DNA of 64,000 nt from Candidatus Obscuribacteraceae bacterium (GTDB taxonomy: Bacteria > Cyanobacteriota > Vampirovibrionia > Obscuribacterales > Obscuribacteraceae): assembly GCA_044226015.1 (NCBI GenBank), contig JBGAHS010000003.1, positions 672,001 through 736,000 of the forward strand, given 5' to 3'. Each line of letters begins with the position of its first letter. Within the stretch, counting starts at the first letter, position 1. Below are positions 30,083-40,350 of the stretch, piece after piece. The translations under genes were made by a program, and so were the position numbers. The notes beneath the pieces are model-generated. The model did not search any database. It had not been told where the DNA came from and was given only the letters and a program-made list of their open reading frames with translations.

Positions 30083-33000
30083 TTAGTAGTTGTCGCCACC
30101 CGACGGGGTACCGCCGACGTTGCCACCACCCGAAGGAGTGCCACCGCCCCAGTTGCCGCCGCCAGAGTTGTTGTTGTCGTCACGGCGACGACGGTCTTCT
30201 TCTTCGCGACGCCGGCGATCTTCCTCTTCGCGACGACGACGCTCTTCCGCTTCACGCCGACGATTCTCCTCGTCGATGCGGCGCTGTTCCTCCTGCCACT
30301 CGCGGATCTGCTCCTGAATGGCAGCAGCGAGCTGAGCGTCAGCCCAGCGTTCGGCGCTGTCTGCAGCCGAGTCAGCGCGACGGATGCTGTTGCGAGCACC
30401 TTCGTAGTCACGGCTGCGAATCTCGGCGCTAGCCTGACCGAGATAACGCTGCGCTTCGCTGAGGTCCAGCGTGATCGGAATGACGATCACACGGGAGCGG
30501 CCGCCCCACGTAGCGGTCTGCGTCCAGGAGCGAATCTTGAGCGCGGTGATGCGCGATTCGACCTGGGACAGCTCACTGCGCGCCGTGTTGGCGAGCGACT
30601 TGTCGGCTTCGGCCAGACGCTTCGCTTCGTCAGCCACCGTCTTCTTCGATTCCGCCTGGCGCGACAGAGCCTGCCAGTCAGACTTGGCCACACGGTAGCT
30701 CGCCTCCAGTTCCGCGAGGACCTGGTTGGCGTCGGTCAGCTTCTGACGCGCCGGAGTGCGCACGTCAGGGTGGTCGACGGACTGAGACGCCGAGGAGATG
30801 GCGCTCTTCACAGCCGCGATGCGCTCACCAGCAAGCTGGTAGTCGCGCTTCTCGCTGTCGATGCTGCCATCGACCTTCTTCAGGTCTGCGAACAGCTTGT
30901 CGGCAGCTTCGGCAGCAGCCGGCCAGTCGGTGATGTCCTTGGCGACATCGCTCTTCTGGTTGCGGAGCACCGGCAGCAGCGCAGCGTAGGCGCCGTCCGT
31001 CTGCTTGGAGGTGGTGAACGAATTGGCTTCCAGCTTCGACTTCAGCGAGGTGCTGAACTGGTCGCTATTGGCCACGGTCGACTTCGCGTGCGACCGCAGG
31101 TTACGCAGTTGCTTCAGCCGAGTGGAGATCTCGACCAGGGCGTTGCGGCTGCCCTGCACGTCCGAACCAGCGTTCTCCATGAGCTTGCGAGCCGCGACGT
31201 AGCGCTGCTCGAAGTACGCCGCACGCACCTTGGCCAGCTCAGCAGCAGTCGCCTCGCTCACCTTGGTCGCACGAACGAGCTTCTCCGGCTCACCCTGGAA
31301 GTTCTTCGCCAGGAAGTCCGCCTTGAGGGCATCGACATCCTTGCCGGACGCCGGAAGTTCAGCAGTCAGCTTGCCCAGGTTGTCCCGGACAGCCGGCACC
31401 GACTTCTCGACAGCAGCCTTGGCAGCGATAACGGTATCGACAGTCGCGACCGCCGCAGCCGAAGCCTTGGACGACGCCGCCTTCTCCGCTTCCGCCTTCA
31501 CCAGGTCACCAGCGAGCAACGCCTTGTGAGCGTCATCGAGGTGCTGCTGCGACTCGTCGAGCTGCGAGTCCGGATTGGCGCCCGCTTCGTTCAGCAGGAA
31601 CTTCTCCGCGACGCCCGCCGGAACTTCGCCCTGTTCCGGGTAGTTGTAGCCGGCCTTCTGAGCCCGCACTTCAGAGACACGCTTGCGCGCGTTCTTCAGC
31701 TCGGTCTCGGTGCCGCCCAACTGGTCCTTCAGCTTCAGGGCATGCTCGATGTCACCCTTCAGCGCTTCGGCTTCCTTCTCGACGGTCTCGGAGTCCGAGA
31801 ACGCCGCCAGCGGGTCGCTCTGGAGGATATCCAGGAACGCCTTCTGGTCCGCCTTGATCTTCTGATAGCGCGGCTCGTAGGGCGAGAAGTCGAGCCCCTT
31901 CTCCTTGATGCTGGCGCGCAGGTCGTCGACCGCCTTGGTGATGGCTTCGATTTCCTGACGGTTCGTCTCCGCTCCGCGGAAGCTCTTGCGGATGGAGCCG
32001 AGGGCCTGGCCGGTCTTGCTGAACAGGTCGGCCATGGAGGCGAAGAGTTCCTCCGGCGTCAGCACGGTCTGCGTCACTTCGCTGCCGAAGTAGTCGCGGT
32101 CTTCGACCGGGATCTTGTCACCGTTGATGGTGACCTTCTCCGTGGTCAGCAGGGCGATGGCACGCTCGGCGCCGGCGACGCTGAAGATGTTCGCCTTGGC
32201 AGCAGCGGCCTTGGCTTCGGCGAGTAGAGCCTTCGCCACTTCGTTCTGAGCGCTGAGGTTCGCCCAGAAGCCGACCGCCTCGGTATAGACCTTGAGGGTC
32301 TTGTTCTTGAACTTCGACTTCCAGTCGGTGCCCTGCGAGACGAGGAACGGCTTGTACTCGCCCTCGAGCTCGATGTAGTTGCCGTTGGACTTGTTGAACT
32401 TCTCTTCGGTGTCCTTGATGAGCGCTTCGGCACGAGCCTTGGCGCGACGCAGACGCAGGAACAGGAAGAGGAAGAGACCGATCACCGCAGCGCTCGGCAC
32501 GCCGATCATCACGATGGTGGTCATCTGCTTCTGACGCTCGGCAGCATCGAGGACAGCCTTCTCGTGGTCGATGCGGTCTTGCTCGGCACGCGCTTGAGCA
32601 TCACGCTCGGCGGCCTGACGAGCCTGTTCGGCACGAATGCGGTCTTGCTCGGCAGCTTCACGAGCCGCGATCGTCCGGTCGATGCCGCTGTTCACGTTCT
32701 TGATCACCTGCAGCATCGCCGCACGAGGATTCGACGGCATGAACTGCTTCAGCGCAGGCGTCACCGGACCGTTGATCTTGTCGCTCAGTCGCGCGTGGTC
32801 GAAACCATAGCTCACGAGCGTAGGACCGGAGTAAGCAGCGACCGAACCCTTGTTGGGGTTCTGCGCGTTGCGGACCCAGACCACGACCATGAAGTTCTGG
32901 TTCGGGAAGTTCGACAGCCCGGACCAGCGCGGAACGAGGTCGTCGACCACATCACGAGCAGGAACACCGGTGGTGTTCAAGTCGTAGTCGCGCTCGACGG

Positions 33001-33235
33001 CAATGACGAAGACCTCGAGCTTGTGAGCCTTCTGAAGAGTCTTCACCTCGTCGTTCATGCCGCTGAAGTCGACGGGATAGGAGGAATGATGTTCGAGCGC
33101 CGGGTCCACGTAGACGTGGGTGGCGGGGTCGAACTTCGGCAGCCAGTTACTCGCGGCTTGTGCCGAGGCGGGGGCGATGGCTGCGACAAGCAGCAGCATC
33201 ATCCCCACAATGAGACGTTGCAAATTTTGGAACAT
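30083..33235 (-). CDS. 1050-aa membrane protein: signal peptide, TPM-like extracytoplasmic domain, TM helix, very long coiled coil, R/E-rich repeat, Gly-rich tail
   Basis: GGAG RBS. AxA signal peptide, alpha/beta domain (HVYVDP, LEVFVIAV, VDDLVPRW, MVVVWV), TM (IVMIGVPSAAVIGLFLFLFL-RLRR), (RRREEED)n and GGGNWGGGTPSGGG tail. Confidence 0.75.
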   Translation of the reverse strand: MFQNLQRLIVGMMLLLVAAIAPASAQAASNWLPKFDPATHVYVDPALEHHSSYPVDFSGMNDEVKTLQKAHKLEVFVIAVERDYDLNTTGVPARDVVDDLVPRWSGLSNFPNQNFMVVVWVRNAQNPNKGSVAAYSGPTLVSYGFDHARLSDKINGPVTPALKQFMPSNPRAAMLQVIKNVNSGIDRTIAAREAAEQDRIRAEQARQAAERDAQARAEQDRIDHEKAVLDAAERQKQMTTIVMIGVPSAAVIGLFLFLFLRLRRAKARAEALIKDTEEKFNKSNGNYIELEGEYKPFLVSQGTDWKSKFKNKTLKVYTEAVGFWANLSAQNEVAKALLAEAKAAAAKANIFSVAGAERAIALLTTEKVTINGDKIPVEDRDYFGSEVTQTVLTPEELFASMADLFSKTGQALGSIRKSFRGAETNRQEIEAITKAVDDLRASIKEKGLDFSPYEPRYQKIKADQKAFLDILQSDPLAAFSDSETVEKEAEALKGDIEHALKLKDQLGGTETELKNARKRVSEVRAQKAGYNYPEQGEVPAGVAEKFLLNEAGANPDSQLDESQQHLDDAHKALLAGDLVKAEAEKAASSKASAAAVATVDTVIAAKAAVEKSVPAVRDNLGKLTAELPASGKDVDALKADFLAKNFQGEPEKLVRATKVSEATAAELAKVRAAYFEQRYVAARKLMENAGSDVQGSRNALVEISTRLKQLRNLRSHAKSTVANSDQFSTSLKSKLEANSFTTSKQTDGAYAALLPVLRNQKSDVAKDITDWPAAAEAADKLFADLKKVDGSIDSEKRDYQLAGERIAAVKSAISSASQSVDHPDVRTPARQKLTDANQVLAELEASYRVAKSDWQALSRQAESKKTVADEAKRLAEADKSLANTARSELSQVESRITALKIRSWTQTATWGGRSRVIVIPITLDLSEAQRYLGQASAEIRSRDYEGARNSIRRADSAADSAERWADAQLAAAIQEQIREWQEEQRRIDEENRRREAEERRRREEEDRRRREEEDRRRRDDNNNSGGGNWGGGTPSGGGNVGGTPSGGDNY

Positions 33236-34667
33236 TCACTTTCTCCAGTTAGAGGTTGTGAGAACACAACGCTTCACAGCGCTGCTGTCCACTGGTTAGG
33301 CTGCAACCGAAGATGCAACCATGAGAAACTCAACACCGACTCTCAACCGAAACACCCCGCACGACCTGTTGATCGTTGTTTTGCAAATTTTTGACTTGAG
33401 GTAGAAATCGTGTGGGGGTTGCTGCGTTGTGGTTTTCGAGAGAGAAGACGTGTTGGAACATCACCCTAACCAAAAGGGTTGGAACAGATCAGCATATAGT
33501 TACGGGAACTTGACATTGTTACAGGCACTGGTCGCACACACATTCCATGCCAAAATCGCTGCCAACACAGCAAACAACAGGCTCCTTGAGATCCTGAACA
33601 AAACCTTTATTTAAGTGGTTTTATCTCCGCTTGACTAGTGGAGCTATGCGTTATCAGAGCTAGCGGATTTTCTCATTTCATCCAATAGCGCAAAAGCAGA
33701 TATATTGGCTATACAAGCGGCTTGGGAAGCACAGGCCAATACTGCAAAATCTGCAGAAATATATTGCATTCATATGCACGTGTGCAAAGCAGAAAGAACA
33801 GTGCAAGAACGGCTTCAAATGCAGAACTTCACGACTGTTCTGTAAAGACATAAGTCATCTGTCTGAAAAAGCAATTCAGAGATTATCTACTGAATGAGTG
33901 CTTAAGCCCTATATTCAGCCGCTACAAAACGATCCGAGAATCCCTTTGTTTAACTATGCCGAATGAAGTCCGTCCCAACGCGTTGCGTTTCTTTCGGCCT
34001 AACTGCTGTATTAGGAAGAGGAAAGGACTATCAGTTTGAACTTAATCGGCCATAGTGAGATCCTCGACTATCATGCTTTCAGCAGTAGAGCTTAGCTCAA
34101 TCAACTTTGCTTCAACGGAACTTGAAATTGCAGTTGAACTACCAGCTTTTGATGTGACAGCCGCTGGCAATACGGCAAATTCTTGGAAGCAGGTTGGAAG
34201 CCACTTAGAAGGGCTTTGGCAAAGCGCCCTCAATATGGCTGGAAACGAGAATGCAAGACCTACAAACAAAGGCAAAATGACCAGAAGAGCTCGCAAAATA
34301 GCCAGACTTAAGAAGATCGCCTGAGATTGTGACCTCATCGACTTACAAAATCACAATAGTCCGGTCCAGTGAAAATCACGTGTGAAAGAGACCCAAAATT
34401 TGACCGGCTTTCCAACTTCAACAAAGCATCCGTGAGGCAGCTGACTCTAGCAAGCAAGAGTGAGAAGACTCGTACCCAAGCCGAATTTCACAAAGAACAT
34501 ACAAGAGCATTAGTTCTCTAAATTGGCATCAGGAATACAAAAGGATATTGTTCTACGCAACGTTATAGTATGACAATCGAAAAAAGTCATGTGATGGAAA
34601 TGCCCGAAGGCACTCCACCACACGACCGAAGTCTAGCGTGTTACTGCGTCAAGCGCAGGTTTACCGC

Positions 34668-35090
34668 TTACTTCTTCGCATCACCGACGATGGCGGCGAG
34701 GCGCGCGCGAAGAGCCAGAGCGCGGGTGCGCTCGTAGTCTTCGGCGGAATCGAGGCCGGCGCGGGCCTTGTCGAGAGCAGCGCGAGCCACTTCGAAGGCC
34801 TTGAGCGAGGCATCGAGTTCCGCGATCTTCGCAGACGCAGTGTCCTTGTCGACGTTGCCGGTGCCGGTGGCGACCGCGAGCAGGGCGAGTTCACCGGTCA
34901 GAGCCGAGAAACCGACAGAGCTGGCAGCAGCGGACGACGCGAGAGCAGCAGCAGCCTCGCCGGAAACGGCGTTGGAGACGGCGGCTTCGGCAGCGAGGTG
35001 CTTCGTGTGCAGGTCAGCCTTGGCGGCTTCGTACGCAGCGAGAGCGCCCTGGAACGTTGCGAGAGCGGAGGGAATGTTGGTGGTGGACAT
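34668..35090 (-). CDS. Ala-rich helical hypothetical protein
   Basis: AAAGG RBS, strong GC3 bias, hairpin after the stop. Confidence 0.7.
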   Translation of the reverse strand: MSTTNIPSALATFQGALAAYEAAKADLHTKHLAAEAAVSNAVSGEAAAALASSAAASSVGFSALTGELALLAVATGTGNVDKDTASAKIAELDASLKAFEVARAALDKARAGLDSAEDYERTRALALRARLAAIVGDAKK

Positions 35091-36313
35091 AGGTATTTGC
35101 CTTTCTGGGTTTGGTTCTTAGAACCGTTTAGAACAGACAGACTCCAGACGTTTGCCTGAAGTACTAGACCTGAAATCCCACATTCAATACGAATCGGCAC
35201 ACATCAAAGCGCACTAAACGGGAGTTAAATTGTTCGGGTTGCTTTGAAGTTGCCGGGTTTCGAAAGAAGAGAGAGGAATAACAGGTAGGACTCGAAGATA
35301 GCCTGTTTAGACAAGCGAAACCAAGAACAATTTCAAGCGTTCCAGATCGGCTGAAGAGCTAGACCTGCATGACTTCTCGGGCTGTTGCTCGGGTCGGAGA
35401 TGTCAGGTTTTTTACTGAACCGGTCGCTATCGCAGCTATGACAGCCACTAAAGATTATCCTCCTTTTGATTCTGCTCCCTAGCTGCCAGCATATACGTGA
35501 TTTGCGCTAGCCATCTCTTCGAAGGCTAGCGGGATTTGTATAGTGCTCACGATGTCGCCAGGATGGTCGCGTCCGAGGTTTCGGATCCCAAAGGGATGGC
35601 CTCGCCCCCAGGATTCCAAATTGATCTATATGATCAGGAGTTGCTTGCCTGCCCCCTGCCCCAAATCATACTACGCGCTTTAGTACAACAATCAAAAACA
35701 CCAGCTCGAAAGTTCTTCCGAACCGCAAGAAGAAAAATCCTATACATAGGATCCAAAACAGCCACTCTCAGCTGACTTACAGCCATTCGTAAAATACGAT
35801 TTTCATTAACGGCCTAACGAAGCGAGCCTCTCAGAAAACCTCTTGAGAACTGAGCAAATATCGATTTGGTAAGCCGCGCTAATACGCTGGGCATCAGAGT
35901 TTTACTTAGAAAGCGATAATGAGACCATTCAATATCAAAAGCCATCTCACAACAAATTCCTAATATTTGGGGCTTTACAGCCTTTTTTGCCACGTCTATC
36001 ACCCCTACGCCCAAGGGCATACTGAGCAATTAATATTTTGCATTGAAGTAAACGCTCTTCTTAATATTGTAATTACCCAGTTAACAAATCCCAGCCCCCC
36101 CTCAGAAACCAGCCCCCAAAAGCGTTCCCAAAAAAGTTCAATTAACAGATTGCCTCTAAAAGAGTGCACAGAGCTAAACCGCTCACTGGAATCTGACCAA
36201 GGCTGTTTAAGAGGAGCAAGCTGCTTCTCTAGTCCCTCGCAAGAAGGACCGTTTTTCACCAGCAAGCCGCCCGTGTGTGGCTGGCAACTTTTTTCCTCAA
36301 CCGGAGAAAACAC

Positions 36314-37303
36314 ATGCATGTACCAATCTTTCTTCATCCGGTCGTCGGCATCGCGACTGGACTCATCGGGCTCGGAGTACTCTGGGCTCGAAGCAGAAGG
36401 CAGCCCGCAGTGCAGCACTCACAGGTCGGTATCCACACCAACCTGCGAAGCTTCCCACTGGTCGGCTGGCTGCCTTCGTTGTTCTACCTCTGCCTCATCG
36501 CTTCTCTGTCCGGGCTGCTCGCCTGGCCTGTGTTCAAAGAAAGCGTTGAGCAGCGGCACGTCGAAACGCGGGATGTCCTGCTGAGCGTTGACCAATCGGG
36601 TTCGATGGGTGGCGCGATTCAGGCCGGCCCTCCGCAAGACCTCAACTGGCCCCCAGACAAAGGAACATTCCGGCGACTGGACCTGGCACAATACGCAGTG
36701 CAACTGTTCGTCTCAAAGCGAGCTGGTGACCGCGTCGGTCTCACTGTCTTCGACGACAAGACCTATCGGCACTACCCGATGACAGACGACTTGAAGATCA
36801 TCATCCGTAAAGCCGAGTTGATCAGCAAGAACACCGGCGGTGGCACCAACTTCGAAAGTCCTACCGGACCAATCGCCACAGCCATCGAGCACTTCCGAAC
36901 CTGGGGCAAAGCCAAAACCAAAGTCCTGATTCTGGTCACGGACGGTGAAGCTCCAATTTCAGATGAGCGGATGGCCGAGCTCGTGAAAGAGATGAAGGCT
37001 GTCGGCGGAAAAATCTATGTCCTCGGCATCGGTGAGGACTGGACTAACCCGTCGGACTTCACGAGCAGCCAAACTGAACCACTCCGCAAGATTGTCGCAG
37101 CCCTCGGTGGCAAATGTTTCGCTGTCGGAGACGCGAAGCAAATGGCAGAGGCGCTATCGGTGGTCGATCAACTCGAAAAATCGCAGGTCGTGCTCGAGCG
37201 CAGCACGGTCTACCAGGACGCCTACCAGTACTTCGCTGCGGCGTCGGTTCTTTCTCTTCTCCTGCTAGCCGCGTCGGTGCTCGTCACCCGCGAGCTGGTC
37301 TAA
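36314..37303 (+). CDS. membrane-anchored vWA protein (MxaC/BatA-like), cluster 1
   Basis: GGAG RBS. Two N-terminal TMs, MIDAS DQSGS, GDRVGL, GGTN, TDGE and a C-terminal TM. Confidence 0.88.
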   Translation: MHVPIFLHPVVGIATGLIGLGVLWARSRRQPAVQHSQVGIHTNLRSFPLVGWLPSLFYLCLIASLSGLLAWPVFKESVEQRHVETRDVLLSVDQSGSMGGAIQAGPPQDLNWPPDKGTFRRLDLAQYAVQLFVSKRAGDRVGLTVFDDKTYRHYPMTDDLKIIIRKAELISKNTGGGTNFESPTGPIATAIEHFRTWGKAKTKVLILVTDGEAPISDERMAELVKEMKAVGGKIYVLGIGEDWTNPSDFTSSQTEPLRKIVAALGGKCFAVGDAKQMAEALSVVDQLEKSQVVLERSTVYQDAYQYFAAASVLSLLLLAASVLVTRELV

Positions 37304-37322
37304 CCAAAAGGAGCCTACACCT

Positions 37323-37958
37323 ATGAAAATGTTCAAGAAATGGCGCCAGCTCACCGGGCTGGTGCTCGCCGCAGTGCTTGGAGGCGTGCTGCTCTTCGGG
37401 TCGAGCAAACTCAACTCGTGGGAGTCGCCCCAGGTCATTGCCTACAACCATGGCATCGCTGCTATGAAGGAAGGCAAGGTCGATGAGGCCATGCTTGCCT
37501 TCGACAAGAGCCTCGATGCCTACGCATCCATGGCGCAACGAGAGAGCACGGAATCCAAGCTCTACCCGAGCCGTTCCACTGAACTCGCTGCGCTTGCTCA
37601 GAGCAAGAAAGCGATTCTCTACCTGATGAAGCAGAAGCCCGAACTCGCGGTGAAAGCTTTCAAGGAGAGCATCCAACTCAACCCGGGAAGCATTGAAAGC
37701 GAGCAGCTGAGCCAGCTGTTCGTGGACGAACCGCTTACCAGCAACGACATCAGTCGCCTGAGCGACCAGTCCAGCGTGGTCAAACACAACCTGGAGCTGT
37801 TGTTCAAGAAGAACCAATCTCTCGCACAGGGCGAAGGGAAAGGCAAGGGCAAGGGCAAAGGCAAGCCCGGCGACAAAGAAGGAAAAGAAGGAAACGAGCC
37901 AGCTCCGGGCAGCAAACCTGGTCCTGGTTCCGGCAAGAGCAACCCTAACGCCATCTAA
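37323..37958 (+). CDS. membrane-anchored TPR-like protein (MxaK/BatC-like), cluster 1
   Basis: AAGGAG RBS. N-terminal TM, YNHG TPR-like helices, HNLELL and a G/K/P-rich disordered tail. Confidence 0.75.
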   Translation: MKMFKKWRQLTGLVLAAVLGGVLLFGSSKLNSWESPQVIAYNHGIAAMKEGKVDEAMLAFDKSLDAYASMAQRESTESKLYPSRSTELAALAQSKKAILYLMKQKPELAVKAFKESIQLNPGSIESEQLSQLFVDEPLTSNDISRLSDQSSVVKHNLELLFKKNQSLAQGEGKGKGKGKGKPGDKEGKEGNEPAPGSKPGPGSGKSNPNAI

Positions 37959-37977
37959 CTGGCAGGAGGAACAAGCC

Positions 37978-39033
37978 ATGCATTTTACTCACATGGAATT
38001 TGCCTGGCTCGCTCTCTTGCTGCCAGTTCTGGGCGCGGCGCTCTACGCCGGGCACAAGCTGCGCATGCAAGCAAAGCGAGTTTACGGCACAGAAAACCTG
38101 CTGGAACGCTTCCAGCAAACTCAAAAACGCACGCTGCCGAGCTGGATCCACATGCTCGGTATCTTCTGCGTGGGTGCTTTACTCGTCATCGCTGCGATGG
38201 GTCCGACAACGAACCTGACCAAGCAGCGCGTCTCAGACGGCTCGGTGCAAGCCGTAGTCGTCCTGGACGTTTCTCGCTCTATGGCTGCTGAAGATTATCG
38301 GGAATCGATGCCAGCTGACGCTGGACAGAAACCCGACCTGAATCAGCCCTGGGGTAGCCGACTCGACATGGCGAAGTACCAGATTCTCAAAGTGATGCAA
38401 TCGATTCAGGGCAACCAGTTGGGCATCGTCAATTACGCCGAAAAGGGCTTCCCTCAGGCGGACTTGACCCCCGACTTCACTGCTCTGGATTTCATTGTCA
38501 GAAACTGGGTGACTCAGGGAAATGCACCGGGCGAAGGCTCGCACTACGACAACGGCATCAACGAAGCGCTCGAGATGTTCAAGCGCGATGCTGACCCGTC
38601 TAAAAAGAAGGTGCTCATCCTCATGTCTGACGGCGGCTTCGACGGGAAACCGGACGAGCTTGCCAAAGTCGTTGAGGAACTCAACAAGCAAAACGTGAAG
38701 GTCGTTATCATCGGACTCGGCATGCCGGGAGCCAACGCTATCCCCATCTATGTGGACGGCAAGCTCACGGGCTACATGAAGGCTGAGGACAAAGTGATCA
38801 CGACCTCTTACGAGGAAGACAACCTGCGTCAGCTGGCTGCGATGACGCACGGGTCGTACCACCACGTGGACACGACTCCTGGCAGCCAAAAAATCGCGAT
38901 TGACTGGAGCAACGAAGTTGGTGGTTCGCGCATTGAAATGCGCGGTACGCCGCTTTTCCCTTACTTCGGTGGGGCGGCGCTCGGTCTCGCGGTGATTCTT
39001 TCCATTGCCGGTTTAGTGCGCAAGAAGGACTGA
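37978..39033 (+). CDS. membrane-anchored vWA protein (MxaL/BatB-like), cluster 1
   Basis: AGGAGG RBS. MIDAS DVSRSMAAED, SRLDMAK, LT.DF, SDGG, L.QLA..T.G.Y, and N- and C-terminal TMs. Confidence 0.88.
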   Translation: MHFTHMEFAWLALLLPVLGAALYAGHKLRMQAKRVYGTENLLERFQQTQKRTLPSWIHMLGIFCVGALLVIAAMGPTTNLTKQRVSDGSVQAVVVLDVSRSMAAEDYRESMPADAGQKPDLNQPWGSRLDMAKYQILKVMQSIQGNQLGIVNYAEKGFPQADLTPDFTALDFIVRNWVTQGNAPGEGSHYDNGINEALEMFKRDADPSKKKVLILMSDGGFDGKPDELAKVVEELNKQNVKVVIIGLGMPGANAIPIYVDGKLTGYMKAEDKVITTSYEEDNLRQLAAMTHGSYHHVDTTPGSQKIAIDWSNEVGGSRIEMRGTPLFPYFGGAALGLAVILSIAGLVRKKD

Positions 39034-39160
39034 GCACAAATCAGCAGGTGAGTGCCTGCTGCAGTTTCTTCCCCCAGAGCGGAGTCGTGTTGACTCCGCT
39101 TCTTTGCGCTGGCTTATCGCTCGAACACTCGAGCCAAACCTTTTCACTGGAGTTTTGAAC

Positions 39161-40195
39161 ATGACTGCTAACACCATCATCAACCCGATCAGCCGCACCC
39201 TGACCCAGGTCCGCAAGGTCGTCATCGGTTACCCGACCATGACCGAACTCGTGGCCTACGCTCTCTACGCCGACGGTCACGTCCTTCTCGAAGGTCTGCC
39301 CGGTCTGGCCAAAACGGTGACGGCTCGCGGCTTCGGTCGCGCCATCGAAGGCGCCGAATGGTCCCGTATTCAGATGAAGCCCGACATCCTGCCGTCCGAC
39401 ATCGTCGGTGCGGAAGTCTTCAGCAAGAAGACGCAGGAATTCAGCGTCCGCAAGGGACCGATCTTCGCCAACATCGTCCTGGCGGACGAAATCAACCGTG
39501 CTGCTCCTCGCTCGCAGTCGGCTCTGCTGGAAGCCATGGCGGAAAAGAGCACCTCGCTCGCCGGTCAGACCTTCCGCATGCCCGACCTGTTCTGCGTGCT
39601 CGCCACCATGAACCCGATCGAGCAGGAAGGTACCTACCCGCTGCCCGAAGCGCAGCTGGACCGCTTCCTCTTCAAGGTCACGATGGGCTACGCTCCTCGT
39701 GATGCTTACAAGGCGATGCTGAACAACCAGAAGACGCTCAAGGGCAGCGACCCGCACAAGGACATCGTCGCGGACGTGACGGTGAACGAAGTGCTGGCTG
39801 CTCGCGCCGCCATCAACGAAGTGCACGTCAGCTCTGCCGCCCAGGACTACATCCTGGACTTGGTGGATGCCAGCCGTCCGTCGGACCAGATGTTCACCAA
39901 GTTCGTCTCGCTGACCGGTGCCGAAGGCAAGAAGTTTGCCGAAGCGGTGCAGGTCGGTGGCTCGCCTCGTGCTTACCAGGCTGTTCAGATCACCGCACAG
40001 GTGCGCGCCTTCCACATGGGCCGCAGCTTCGTGCTGCCGGAAGACATCCAGTACGTCGCTGGCTCTGTGCTCCGTCACCGCCTGATCCTGAACCGCAAGG
40101 CTCGCATGGACGGCAAGTACACCACGGACGATGCCGTCAAGGCGCTGGTCGCCGGCGTGCCGTTCCACAACAACCTGGCTGACTACCAGGGCTAA
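39161..40195 (+). CDS. moxR: MoxR-family AAA+ ATPase, cluster 1
   Basis: GHVLLEGLPGLAKT, RIQ..PDILPSDIVG, GPIFANIVLADEINRA, ATMNPIEQEGTYPLPEAQLDRF, SPRA and VLRHRL. Confidence 0.95.
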   Translation: MTANTIINPISRTLTQVRKVVIGYPTMTELVAYALYADGHVLLEGLPGLAKTVTARGFGRAIEGAEWSRIQMKPDILPSDIVGAEVFSKKTQEFSVRKGPIFANIVLADEINRAAPRSQSALLEAMAEKSTSLAGQTFRMPDLFCVLATMNPIEQEGTYPLPEAQLDRFLFKVTMGYAPRDAYKAMLNNQKTLKGSDPHKDIVADVTVNEVLAARAAINEVHVSSAAQDYILDLVDASRPSDQMFTKFVSLTGAEGKKFAEAVQVGGSPRAYQAVQITAQVRAFHMGRSFVLPEDIQYVAGSVLRHRLILNRKARMDGKYTTDDAVKALVAGVPFHNNLADYQG

Positions 40196-40350
40196 GCCCC
40201 CGTCAAAGCAGGCTCGTCGCCTGCCCACCCATGCCACCATCATCGGTGGCATGGGTAGCGGGTTGGCCTGCTTCTTTTCTCAGACCTGTCTCGCGAGCTG
40301 GCACATCGCCAGCCGTTAGAAAGGGCAACGTTTTTGAGAGGACCAATCTT

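Noticed and set aside
34042..34338. 98-aa minus-strand ORF with a hydrophobic N-terminus
   Set aside because: No clear RBS, motif or codon bias. It could be a small gene but I cannot support it.
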